Positions 40,210-52,920 of a DNA stretch of 64,000 nucleotides are shown in pieces; within the stretch, counting starts at the first letter, position 1, and each line of letters opens with the position of its first letter. The notes under the pieces are model-generated. The model did not search any database and was not told the origin of the DNA. It was given only the letters and a program-made list of their open reading frames with translations. Source of the DNA: Octopus sinensis (taxonomy: Eukaryota); contig NC_043003.1 of assembly GCF_006345805.1 (NCBI RefSeq), positions 63,178,001-63,242,000 on the forward strand. Direction: 5' to 3'. Made by a program: the position numbers and the translations under genes.

Positions 40210-40853
40210 CAATAATAAATCTCTGAAAGAGATGTAAACAGTAACCGCTCGACAACGTAAAGTATACTAGCCATCTCAATATGGCTAACCACTAAGGGTG
40301 GGTGTTACTGTTGCTTTTAGCCCCAGGAGATCATCGTCTCCAGCTGGCTTTAGGCACACTTTCTGTGCGCTTATGATATTCGCAAAGGGAGGTCATCCCC
40401 TGTCGTAAACCTAAGTGATACGCACGGACTATAGTTTCGAGGTTGTTGCCTCTTGTCAACGTACAGTAATCACCGGTTTTCGATGAGGAGAGACCTGTTT
40501 GCGAATATCTATTTAATGTTTTTCCCAGTAACCACTGTCACTGATTTCAAAATACTGTCTGAAAGCAATAATAAATCTCTGAAAGAGATGTAAACAGTAA
40601 CCGCTCGACAACATAAAGTCTCTTCATCGAAAACCGGTAATTACCGTACGTTGACAAGAGGTAACAACCTCAAAACTATAGTCTGTGTGTATCACTTAGG
40701 TTTACAAGAGGGGATGACCTCCCTTTGCGAATATCATAAGGGCACAGAAAGTATGCCTAAAGCCAGCTGGAGACAATGATCTCCTGGGGTTAAAAGTGAC
40801 AGTAACACCCACCCTTAGTGGTTAGCCATATTGAGATGGCTAGTATACTTTAC
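40210..40853 (-). mobile_element. Non-coding mini Penelope-like / retrozyme-like insertion with HHR, 13 bp TSD
   Basis: TSD gttattcagaaca at 40197-40209 and 40854-40866; ~235 bp inverted arms 40258-40492 and 40618-40853; ~50 bp direct repeat at about 40212 and 40567. Confidence 0.85.
40422..40464 (-). ncRNA. Minimal type I hammerhead ribozyme with U3:A8 core
   Basis: GTACG-TTGACAA-GAGG caacaa CCTC-GAAAC-tata-GTC-CGTGC; all three helices pair; mirror copy 40646-40688 has GAAA changed to AAAA. Confidence 0.85.
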
Positions 40854-41272
40854 GTTATTCAGAACATTTTCCCATTATGCACCATTTTGGATATTCATAC
40901 AACCAAACCCCGAATATCTCAATAAATACTGCTCCAATTTATGCGAGATGTATTTCATTTCATTCGTATTAACATTTTAGGGTAAACTTAATTCATAATA
41001 TTTTCGCATAATGCACCAGTTTGGCTGGGTAACATTGCCAGCAAGCAAGATTGGAAATGTATTTTAATGTATTATAGATATATATCTATATATCTGTACA
41101 TCTATTTATCTATCTGTCAATCCATCTCTTTATACTTTTTATTTACTATTTTGTACTTTACTTAATTATTGGTATATGTTTTATAGTATATCTAATTTTC
41201 TTTCTATATGGTATAATTTAATTATATCGTTATTTCATTTTTGAATTGACAAAAGGTGGTTCTTCTCTAATT

Positions 41273-41307
<35 letters not shown>

Positions 41308-42654
41308 GTACACACATAAATACAGACCAAATATAAATGCAACCACACCTGCTTACTTAATTTAAATATATGTACACATAAATAGATATCAATGCATACA
41401 CATACATACATATGTACGTACATTCATACACACAAACATACACATCTCAGAATAAAGGCACATATATACACACATATATACTCAAAGGCATACACATAGG
41501 TAGAAATATATGCATGTACATATTGATATCTTCATACAAAAAATATGCACACAGGTTTGTAAATAAGCATATGGATATAGAAGCTATACAATACTTCAAT
41601 TAGATTGAATTTGCAAAACTTGATTATAATGAAACAGATTTAATGAATCATATATATTAATAAAAAGGAAATAATGCTTAAGATAGATGCAAACTGGAGT
41701 CTACAGAGATTTCGAGGTGCAGAATTACAGACACCATGCTGTCATTATAGGGTAGTGGCTTTAATATGAAAAAAACACGTGTGTGTATGCATATCGGTTT
41801 GTATGTGTGTATGTATGTATGGAAGGATGGATGGATGGATGAATGTGTATATGATGTCTTTGTGTCTGTGTTAGTCTGTCCCCATCATTTGACAACCAGT
41901 GTTGGTTTGTTTACATCCCTGTAACTTAATGGTTTGGTCAATGAGGTCAGTGGAATAATAAAGGCCAGACTACAAAAAACAGAAGTCCTAGGGCAGATTT
42001 GTTCAACTAAACTCTTCAAGGTGATGCCCCAGAATGGCCTCAGTCCAGTGACTGAAACAAGTACAAGATGTCTTTGGTAGATCACCCAAGGCTTGCATCC
42101 AAACAACAAGACAAGAAAGAAATAAAGTTAAATCTAGAATACAAGGAACCCGTTTATGGAGTCATGGTATTCCATAAGAGGGTTAGGTAACCTGGTTTAC
42201 CTCCCTTCAATGAACTCTTCTATCTAAATACACAATTTTGAAATCCCTTAAGCTTTATGGCAATTTTGATATCTTTCCAAGCTCATCCACACCTATTGCT
42301 CTAGTTTGCCAAATTTGTTGGCTGCATTCCCAAATCAGTGGTATTTGTCTGGGGTGACAAAATACATACATTTCTCAGTAACACCGAGTGTATAACTGCA
42401 TGGTAAGATGCAAGAAAATCTGTTGATTTAACTAAATCTCTCAACTCATTATTCCTCTTTCTGCTTGTTAATTGTAATTTTGTTCCATTAAATATTCTCA
42501 TCATTATTTTTACATCCACTTTTCTATGTTTGCATGGGTCAGGTGAGTTTTATTGAAACATATTTGCTATGGATGAACACCCTTCCTATCACAAATCCTC
42601 AAGTGTTTGCAAACAAGATAATGTTGTCCCATGGCTAAACATGCTTGTCTTTTA

Positions 42655-43045
42655 TCTTTTACTTGTTTCAGTCATTAGACTGTGGCCATGCTGGGGCAAG
42701 GCCTTGAAGAACTTTTAGTTGAATGAATCGATACCAGTACTATTTTTTTTAAAAACCTGGTACTTATTCTATCAGTCTCTTTTGCTGAATCACTAAGTTA
42801 CAAGAACATAAATACACCAACACTGGTTGTCAAGCAGTGGTGGGGGACAAACAGAGACACAATGACACACACACACAAATATATACAACAGGTTTGTCCA
42901 ATTTCGTTTCCGTGTACCAAATCCACTCACAAGGCTTTGGTCAGCCAGAGGCTGTAGTTTAAGTTACTTGCACCAGGTGCCACTCAGTGGGACTATACCT
43001 GGAACCAAGTGGTGGAGAGGCAAGCTTCTTATCGCACAGCCACAC
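42655..43045 (-). mobile_element. SINE family A copy
   Basis: Colinear with family A. Confidence 0.8.
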
Positions 43046-43540
43046 CTTGGAAGCAAACAACACTTACTTAAAGTCATTATGCAATGTGGAGACAAGGCGA
43101 GAGAGAGAGGGAGATGTATACACATATACACATACATGCACGTATGCATATGCACTATCATATCTTGAGTCTTTCTTAAAGCAAGAAAAATCATAGCAGT
43201 GTCCTATCACTCTTAAGGAGCATATTCAGAGCTCAAATATGATTTAATACTTTCGCAAGGGCCTAAGAAATGTTGACATTGCCAGTGTTATAGCTCTATT
43301 ACTCTTCAGTCTTCCATTTGCATTCATTTATGGAAAGCTGTCTGGGAACATTTTTGAATTCATAGGAAATTAACAAAAATTTTGTAAAACTGATTGTGTG
43401 GATTCTGGTTCTGCTTCTTCTTTTTTTTACTGCTTATCATTGAGGGCAAGGGTGGTACCCATAGTGATGTAGTCATGGTTGGAAAGCCTTTGAGTATCAA
43501 AGGTTCATCAAGGTTGTCCTGGGGCTAAACTACAACAATA

Positions 43541-44488
43541 CAAGGCAGTATCAAAAAGTTCCCAGACTAGTTTATGTTTAAAAAAAACAAACTTATTTAC
43601 CTAAGTTTTAACATCATCTCTTTCGAAATAGTCAACTTGCACAGCAATACATCAGTCTCAGAATTCCTACCAATTTTAGAATCTGACCTGGAAGTCATTT
43701 TTCGTAAGCAAGTCAAGGACTTTCTGTGATTAACTCTTTAACTTGACATTGGTGTTAAAACGGCAACATCTGAGCTGCATTTGCATCTTGGGAAAGAGAT
43801 GGAAGTCTGTAGGTTCTAAATCTGGTGAATTAGGTTGGGTGCAGAAGCAATACTACAGTTCTATATTTAAGAGATGAGGAATTATGTACATTATTTACAT
43901 TTGACGGATATTTGTCCTCATCTTGTTTGTTGTTAACACAACGTTAGCTGATATACCCTCCAGCCTTCATCAGGTGTCTTGGGGAAATTTCGAACCTGGG
44001 TTCACATTCCTAACATATTTTTCGATGTTATTATTATTATTATTTTTTTTTTTTTTTGAGAGAGCAGTGCATGCTATCAAAGTGACACTGGGGTAAAATA
44101 TATGAAGCCCAGTATACCCATCATGACTACCTGTCTGATAAGGGTACACCAGGTACATGCATCACAACCATATGTGCGTGACATGGTGATCTCATATCAA
44201 GATAAACAGCACATGACCTTGCAGGTGGGGCCCAGTTAGAATTTTCTTCTGGTTGAGTAACCAATCCCGCTCAAAAGGTCCCTGAGTAAGGGTTGTTTAA
44301 GGATGTTGAACAAAACAGCTATGTTTCCAGAGGTGAATTATTCAAACGCCAAAGAATCCTTCTCAACACATGGCTATGATGCTCCCCCACTACTTCTGCT
44401 CGTGAACAGAGATGCACATATCATCAGCCACTAAGGGACATGCTCAACTGGTTAAGGTTAAACAACTATTGAGCAGAATATTTTGTTG

Positions 44489-44542
<54 letters not shown>

Positions 44543-45111
44543 TCACTGCCTGAAATTGAACTCAGAATCTTGGAGTTAGTATCCCACACTCTTAACCACT
44601 ATGCCATATGCCAGTTTTTGGTTAGAAACTCATGAGTAAGAAGAGCTCGATGACAGGGTGCACTGTTGTCATGAAGGTATCCAATTTTTTGCACTCCTAA
44701 GACTTGGTTGCTTTCAATGAATGTCGTCCCTCAAATGCTTCAAAATGTTCTCCAATGATTCTCATGCACAAGCTGATGAATTTTTCTCCACATTTCTTGG
44801 GGTGACACTTGTGGCAGATCTTACAGACCACTTATCATCTTCCAGAGACATTCTTCCATGTTGAAGCACCTGTGCCACTCAAAACATAGCCTCATCGCTG
44901 TAAGCTTGTCAAAGTATGCTCAATGTCTCTGTAGCAGACTTCCCAATTTTAACATGTCCATGACAAAAACTGCAGGACTATAGCATACACATGATCACAG
45001 TGATGTCACTTGACACACTGCTTCATGAAGGTCTCACTGCATATGCAACCATGTGCTGCTATCTGTTGGTGTACTACAGAACTAGTATGGGAACTTTTTG
45101 AAACCACCTCA
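43541..45111 (-). mobile_element. Mariner-type DNA transposon derivative with nested insertions
   Basis: TA-flanked TIRs (caaggcagtatcaaaaagttcccagactagtt / aactagtatgggaactttttgaaaccacctca); colinear with 56423-57717. Confidence 0.8.
43856..44612 (-). mobile_element. tRNA-head/(AAT)n/HHR-tail SINE copy, split by a family E insertion in its linker
   Basis: Tail 43856-44045 and head 44540-44612 match 49912-50264; HHR GAAA lost. Confidence 0.8.
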
Positions 45112-46029
45112 TATATACTGGACTGAAACCAGAATGACTCTCTTCTTTTACTGCTTTGGTTTTACTTTTTGTTATACAAGACCTTAATGAACAGTTTTTA
45201 CAGGGTTGTTTTTGAGAAGAGAGAAATTCCTTTGTGGTTTTTAATGTTTTTGTTTGTTATTCTTTATGTACTGGTGTTACATAAATAACATTACAGACAC
45301 AGAATGTTATTGTTTTCTTACCATGTTGAGTATCAAATGTAAGTCTGTTATACGCAACAGAAGTAGTGCTGGATTAAAATAGCCATCTGTGTATCATACT
45401 GAATATAGATGCATCATGTAAAAGCAAATTAACTGTGACATTTGTCAGGAGAGTGCATCTCTTATGGACATGCTGTGTTAAAAAACACAATACATACACC
45501 AGTAGTAGATAAAAATTGTCTAGTGTCAAGCATCTTCACCAGCTGCTGCAAGAAGATTTTTATCTGTTACCAATATACACTGTTCTTAAACACAACATGC
45601 TTGTAAGAAACATCATCTTTGATGAATATCACAGTAAATATGCTTTCTTGTAATGTGCTTACATTAAGTATGATACATCAATGGCAATTACATGTAACAC
45701 ATTAACCATGGGGTCTCTTCCTGTTTTTAATATTTCAGTGTTGACAGCATCCATATATTACTGTTTTGTAGCTTTACATTGTTTAAATTCGTTTTTCTGT
45801 TTCATCTTTTGTTATTTTTGTAAGAATGTCCTCATCAGATGTGGACATTCTAGTATCAGATGTACCATTCTAAATCTCTGATACTACTTACAGGTTATAT
45901 GGGAATTTAGAGTTAAAAATGTTGTTCAAAATTATCATATTGATGTATCTTAGCTGTGTTTGTATATGTGTTACCATCTTTATCTTTTATTATGCTGTAT
46001 GATAAAGGTTGTGACTATGTATTGTTCTT

Positions 46030-47020
46030 GAAGCCAGTATCTCGTTCTATTTTGTCTTATAGGTTCTCATTCTTTTGTATTTTTCAGTGTTGTTTTGACA
46101 GATTTGTTCAGTTCATTGCATCGTTCAGCTTTGATAATATCGTCTGGGTTGTTCAACATTTCTATTCTGGCTTTTCACCTTTGTTCACAGGATATCTCTA
46201 TTTCTGATTGTTGGCCTGTCACTGGTTTTCAAGTCCACAATCTGACAATTTCTTCTGTTATTTTGTTCGTTGTTTCTTTGAAAAACATATACTTTTTGCC
46301 TTTGACATCTGTTGCCATGTTTCAGGCTGTAGCAAAGGTGTGGAAGCAACTCCTGTCATCTACATTGCAACCATTTGAACTAGAGTTTGATTAGCAATTT
46401 TTTTCACATCATTATGGATCTTTTGTATTTTATTCTCTGTTTTGATGTTGTTAAAAAGTGTACCATGAAAAAAAACAAAAAAAAACAATTGGAGTTTATT
46501 TCAGTATTTGGTCTTCTATTTATTTTTAACAATAGTGTCCACTTTCCTGAATAATAATGTCATTCAGCTCATCTCATTGAGTAACTGGTAATGGAGTGGG
46601 GCCCATGTATGCCAGCATTTTATGCAGAGTTGAATCAGAGTATTTGTCATCAAGATACCACCTGCTGTACAAGACTGCAATAGTTCTAATCTTTATTTAA
46701 TTTCTTAAGTCCCTATTTTCTTGCAATATTCTGCCAGTTCTTGAATTGGTCTTCTCTTATGTCAATATTTGAAACTTCAATAAACATGTAAAAGCTGCTT
46801 CTTGGCAACTAGTTTCATTTCATTTGCTGGTCATCAAAGAATTTATTTGACACTTCACTTTTACCTGAGCCTGGAGTTTCAATTTGGAAAATGGATATCA
46901 TTCCATCTGTAGTATTAACAAGTGATATCCAATAATATCTTTCAGAGTAATATTCACAGAATTTGATGCTTTTTGTGAACTCTTCTCTACAATCATAAAT
47001 ATTCATCTTTCTTTAACACT
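46030..47020 (-). pseudogene. Ancient RTE-like LINE ORF (AP endonuclease plus linker) relic
   Basis: ISIFQIETPGSGKSEVSNKFFDDQ ... WQNIARK*GL resembles IIQVYAPT...FYDxLQ...WxxxxGKFGL. Confidence 0.55.
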
Positions 47021-47034
47021 TTAGCATCTAAACC

Positions 47035-47990
47035 AGCTATATCCAATTTTAGCAAGAAGCTACATTCATTGGCCGGGACTTGACAAAGATATTGAATCTC
47101 TTGTGTAAATATGTCCAAAATGTGCAAAAGCCTCAAAATTACCTATTCAAATAAGCATTCCTTAGTCAGTTACAAAAGCACCACATAGATTACACATAGA
47201 GTACACATAGATTTTGCAGACCTCATAACGACAACTACTTTTACTTTATTATGGCTGATGCATTATCTAGATGATTGGAGGTCTTCATTATGAAAAACAA
47301 CTTCGGCCACAATACAAAAGCTACATCAAGTTTTTTCAAGATTTGGTTACCAGAAGTTTTAGTACTGGATAACAGTTCATAATTTACTTCTCTAGAATTC
47401 ACGACATTTTGTAAGAAAAATGGTATCAATCATATAAGAACTTCTCATATCATCCTCAATCCAATGGATTAGCAGAGAGATCCCTGGATACCCTTAAGTG
47501 CACGATGCTCAAAATTGAGGAGAGTGGTGAGTTAGAAGAAAATTTTCAACTCTTTTAATGACCTACAGAATAACACTGAATGCTGCTGCACATAGGGCCA
47601 AAAACCCTGGCAGAAATAATGTTTCTGAGAAAAATTTGCAGTGTTTTTGATATGATGAAACTCAGGAATGCAAAACAATCACCAAAATTAACTGGTATAC
47701 CAAAGTACAGGCAGGGAGATCTAATATATGTTCTTGGTACTCGACCGAGTCATCCCAAGTGGCAAGACTGTCAGGTAATAAAGCAGAGAAGTAACATCGT
47801 ATATGTGATATTAGTTGGATCTTTCACCTTAGTGCAACATGTTAACCAGTTAAGATGGAGGGGAGAGCTATAAATACCATTATTTACAAATGAAAATCAA
47901 GGAAATATGAAAATTCAAAATATTCAAACTCAATTAGAAACTACTTTGTGAAATTTAAGAAGGTCCAATCGAAATAGAAAACTGGCTGAA
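47035..47990 (+). pseudogene. Ty3/Gypsy integrase relic
   Basis: LARSYIHWPGLDKDIESLV*ICPKC ... HIDFA ... LPEVLVLDN ... FTSLEFTTFCKKNGINHI ... PQSNGLAER. Confidence 0.85.
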
Positions 47991-48200
47991 CACATACAAG
48001 TAAACCCTCAAAATAAAATTTCTTCATATACCAAATATTCATCTTTTAATGAAAGTGGAGATGAGAAAACCCCAGTTGTCTCGACACAAAACATTATTTG
48101 TTGTCATCCAATCCATAGACACGATTTGATCATGTGATGTTGATTATTTAAGCTTACATTGATTCATCCAAAGAAGAAGCACATTATGGACATAGATATA

Positions 48201-48566
48201 GGCGTAGGAGTGGCTCTGTGGTAAGTAGCTTGTTTACCAACCACATGGTTCCGGGTTCAGTCCACTGCATGACACCTTGGGCAAGTGTCTTCTACTATAG
48301 CCTTGGGTCAACCAAAGCCTTGTAAGTGGATTTGGTAGACGGAAACTGAAAGAAGCCCGTCATATATATGTATATATATATGTGTGTGTTTGTCCCCCAA
48401 CATCGCTTGACAACTGATGCTGGTGTGTTTACGTCGCTGTAACTTAGCGATTCAGCAAAAGAAACCGATAGAATAAATACTAGGCTTACAAAGAATAAGT
48501 CCTGGGGACTAAAGGTGGTGCTCCAGCATGGCCACAGTCAAATGACTGAAACAAGTAAAAGAGTAA
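48201..48566 (+). mobile_element. SINE family A copy
   Basis: Head ggcgtaggagtggctctgtggtaag, B-box-like gggttcagtcc, tail gactgaaacaagtaaaagagta. Confidence 0.85.
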
Positions 48567-48834
48567 CGAGTATACATCGACTCATCATTGTGGATTGGGT
48601 CTTTTCACCTTATCACACCTACTGTGGTACAGACGATGGTTCATTTTGCATCATGGGCAAATTGAAGTTACAATCCACCATTTTGCACTTCAGTTTTGAA
48701 TTGGTGCAATGTTTGGTTTGTTTATTTTATAAAGTTATATTCTGAGTACAATATTATTTGTCTTACTTTATAACAATAACGATGTTGGTGGTGACAATGT
48801 ATGAGTTGATGGCAACAATAACCATCACCCTACA

Positions 48835-49076
48835 TCATGCATGGGCAATCTGCAGCCCTCGATATATTGCTGTGCAGCCCTGAACAAGTTACTAATTTCA
48901 TATTAAAACAAATAAAATTTCATACTAAGATAAATAAAATTAAGAAAAACTGAAAAAAATTCTGTGTAAAATGGGTAAGTAATATTTCATGCATATGTGT
49001 TTTATCATGCAGCCCTCTCCCACTTGGAAATAGTAAGATGTGGCCCCCAGTTGACAAAAAGTTGCCCATCCCTGCC
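48835..49076. mobile_element. Probable hAT-type MITE
   Basis: Ends catgggcaatctgcagccc and aagttgcccatccctg are imperfect inverted repeats. Confidence 0.5.
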
Positions 49077-49430
49077 CTACATAACGGTACTAATGGTGGT
49101 GGTGGTGGTGGTACTAGAAATGGTGACTATGTTGGTAATAATGATTAAATCAATGCAGTTGAGACTTAATTTTTATGGAATCATTATAGCCAGATTGATC
49201 ACTTTCTGGTGGAAAATAACAAATTTTCTCAGTTTCCAATAAACTTAGCTTCTTCCCATTTTTCAAATGCTGGTGAGAATAAAAAAATTGAGAAGAATTC
49301 TCGACCAGCCACGTTTTTTGTTCCTTTTTTGTACTCTCAGATTTTGAATATTGGACATTTATACTATTCTATGATGCATTCCTGGAAAATAAAAATGATT
49401 AATCTCTCTATAAATTATATCTGTTTACAG

Positions 49431-49650
49431 ATGGAACTTCCAAGATAGAAACAGTCTTTCCTACCTGGTTTAATGTGAAGAAGAAGATATTGCTTGTGTG
49501 CAGGTAGTTTCAACACTACCAAGTAAATGGGAACCACCAGGTATATGCAAAATATTTGTAAGACATTTCAAGTCGCAAAAAATGCAGCCAGTGAGATGTT
49601 TAATACCATTAAAGAAAACTGGAGGCATCAATACCAGCCAAGAAGGATCA
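49431..49650 (+). pseudogene. Degenerate THAP-like domain (possible DNA-transposon relic)
   Basis: VFPTWFNVKKKILLVCR*FSTLPSKWEPPGICKIFVRHFKSQ loosely matches THAP FP..RKKW..ACR..W.P....ICSRHF. Confidence 0.35.
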
Positions 49651-49698
49651 TGCCATGGAAAAAAATAAGAAAGTTAATAGAAGACAACTATGAAGCTA

Positions 49699-50040
49699 CA
49701 TTATTTATATTCGATGGATATTTGTCCTCATCTTGTTTGTTGTTAACACGTTTCGGCTGATATACCCTCCAGCCTTCTTCAGGTATCTTGGGGAAATTTT
49801 GAACCTGGGTTCTCATTCCTAAGGTATTTTTCGATGTTATTATTATTATTATTGTTATTGTTCAGGTCACTGCTTGGAATCGCGTTCTTAACCACTATGC
49901 CATATGCCCATGGGCATATGGCGTAGTGCTTAAGAGAGCGGGCTACTAACCCCAAGATTCCGAGATCGATTCCAAGCAGTGACCTGAATAATAATAATAA
50001 TAATAATAATGATAATAATAATAATGATAATGATAATAAC

Positions 50041-50092
<52 letters not shown>

Positions 50093-50264
50093 TCGAAAAA
50101 TACCATAGGAATGAGATCCCAGGTTCGAAATTTCCCCAAGACACCTGAAGAAGGCTGGAGGGTATATCAGCCGAAACATTGTGTTAATAACAAACAAGAT
50201 AAGGACAAATATCCGTCGAATGTAAATAATGTACATAATTCCTCATCTCTTAAATATAGAACTG
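49699..50264. mobile_element. Head-to-head palindromic pair of tRNA-head/HHR-tail SINE, 13 bp TSD
   Basis: TSD aactatgaagcta at 49686-49698 and 50265-50277; symmetry axis gccca|tgggc at 49910/49911. Confidence 0.9.
50140..50185 (+). ncRNA. Minimal type I hammerhead in the SINE tail
   Basis: GACAC-CTGAAGA-a-GGCTG gagggtatat CAGCC-GAAA-ca-TT-GTGTT. Confidence 0.75.
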
Positions 50265-51626
50265 AACTATGAAGCTATTGATGATGATAATGGGGAGGAG
50301 AAAAAAGAGGATTTTATGTAGAAAGGGAATGATATCATTAATGAATATAAGATATTGCAAACGATGATAATGAATGCTATTATGATAATTGGAAACTGCT
50401 CTTAATAATGTTGTGAGTGTTATACACACAACACATAAGTAAAATGAAATCAAATATATTGTTTCATCATGCTATGTTATTCTAGCAAAACTGTTCAATG
50501 AAATAAAAATGCACATCAGTTACAAAAATCAATAGTTGTTGGTTTGTTTCTGCATTTTATGTCAGAAATCATTTATTGAAGAATTTAACATAAAACTTGT
50601 GTTAATTTTTTTTTTTCTTTCTTTCTTTCTTTCTTTCAAAAATACTAAAGTTTAGTTTTGAAAGAAGGGAAAGAAATCAAATTTAAAACAAAAAGTAAGC
50701 TGAGTGCATGTCAATATATATTAAGGCATAAAACTTGGTGTTCTGTAATTTAACTTGAAGTAGTTTCAGCTTAAATCTAAAATTCAAATTTAAGAACCTT
50801 AAAAAAATATGATTTATATTTGTTATTATAACAATTTCCAAATTTATTGCTGTTTTAAGATTTGAAGGAAAAGGCAAAATAGAAAAGGAATGTATAGGCT
50901 TCTTCATCAAAACTGGCAAAATTGGCCGATAGCTAAATGACAATACAAACAACTAATTATTATAGTCAATAATTTTTTTAAACTATTTTATATTCTCTAA
51001 TGACTATAAGCTAAGATTTTTTTCTCTTCATCTAAATGATATTATTGTCTACAGCAATTAATTTGAAAGGCTACTTCAGACAATATAAAGAGCTTTTGTA
51101 TTTCAAATGTATTGTATATTGAAATAGCACTATTGTTGTTTTAGAATTAAGAAGAGTGTTGCTACAGAAGAATGAATAAAAGTATTTCAACTTTAACTCA
51201 AAGTCAATGTCATAAAACTTTATTAGAAATTCTTTAAACGATGACTGAGCAATTCTTTAAACAGTTTTATTAGTTTATACGAATAACAGGTTCCAGAACT
51301 AATGATTATTTACTGGTGAAAGCATCATAAGAATCTCGGATCATGGTTCCAGTTACGATTCGACAGCATGGCACTTTGGAGAAAGTTTCTTTTACTGTAG
51401 CCTCGACTTAACCAATGCCTTGTGAGTGAAATTTTCCTAACAATAATGTCAGAAAACAATGGAAAATTAATATATTTGTGTGTATGTGTGTGTATATACA
51501 CACACACACACATATGTATTAGTTTAACACTTGGGAAGTGAAAAAGTCCTTAACGTTTCGAGCCTATGCTCTTACACAGAAAGAAACAAGGAGAGAAAAT
51601 AAAGAATGTGTAGTGGCTAGCGATCT

Positions 51627-51695
<69 letters not shown>

Positions 51696-51703
51696 CATAA
51701 TGT

Positions 51704-52015
51704 GAAGGCGCATGGCTCAGTGGTTAGAGCGTCGAGCTTACGATCGTGAGGTTGTGAGCTCGAATCCCGGACTGGGCTGCGTGTTGTGTTCTTGAGCAAG
51801 GCACTTTATTTCACGTTGCTCCAGTTCACTCAGCTGTAGAAATGATTTGCGACGTCACTGGTGCCAAGCTGTATCGACCTTTGTCTTTCCCTTGGATAAC
51901 ACTGGTGGTGTGGAGAGGGGAGGCTGGTATGCATGGGCAACAGCTGGTCTTCCATAAACAACCTTGCTCGGACTTGTGTCTAGGAGGGTAACTTTCTAAG
52001 TGCAATCCCTTTAGT
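51704..52015 (+). mobile_element. SINE family C copy
   Basis: A-box and B-box head; colinear with 12374-12712. Confidence 0.85.
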
Positions 52016-52619
52016 CATAATAACAATAATCCTTGGATGGAATTTATAAATATTTTAATGCACTGCTATGTGTGTTTCCACAAATCAAATGTCTCTCAAC
52101 TTCATAGTCCATATTCCTGAGATACAGACTGTGATCTTATTACTATATTTATCCTACATTACATTGGTACAGCTTGATGCAACCCCCAAAAACTGGTCCT
52201 CCAATCAGCTTCATTAGACTGTGGTTGTCATAATGGGATAGCTTTATTTGCATGTTCAAAATGTTTCATGTAAACAAATTTAAAAGATATATATACACAC
52301 ACAAGGTGCAAAGGGGTAAATTGTTGCCATTTTGTATTTTTAATTTCATGCATATGTATTGTTTGTTTTTTATTTTGTCGACGACACAGTAAAGTAAGGT
52401 CAGTTGGGCACTGTCTGTGAGAAAAACAGCACTACAACACAATTCACTCTGCCAGAAATTTGGAAATGACATGTTATACTGCTTGACATTCATGCCGGCT
52501 CCAATATGAACATTTCAGAGTGTTTGGGTGTTAATCTGAGGAGAGTGCAATCTGAGGATATGTACCGAGAGTGACAAAAATCAAACATACAGTCAACATC
52601 ATGACACTAGCATCAGCCA

Positions 52620-52920
52620 TGAGTACAACTTCACTTGGCTTGATGGGTCTTCTCAAGCACAGCATACTGCCAAAGGTCTCAGTAACTAGTCATTGCCTCT
52701 GTGAGGCTCAAAGTTTGAAGATCATGCTTCACCACTTCGTCCTATGTCTTTCTGGGTCTACCTCTACCACAAGTTCCCTTCACAGTTAGAGGTCGGCACT
52801 TCTTTACACACCTGGCCTTGTCCATACACATCACATGACCATACCAACACAGTCATCTCTCTGGCACACCATATGTGATGCCTCTTATGTCTAAGTTCTG
52901 TCTGAAGATGCTTACACTGA
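52620..52920 (-). pseudogene. RTE-clade LINE 3' fragment
   Basis: Minus translation resembles RRLxWYGHVMxMD..CVKKC...GRGRPRKT..EVVKHDL. Confidence 0.75.

Noticed and set aside
45823-45885. Two adjacent 9 bp stem-loops (snoRNA-like?)
   Set aside because: Too small for H/ACA hairpins, no H-box hinge; could be chance in AT-rich DNA
49912-49990. tRNA gene
   Set aside because: No complete acceptor stem and fused to a repeat body; SINE head, as for all tRNA-like heads in the window
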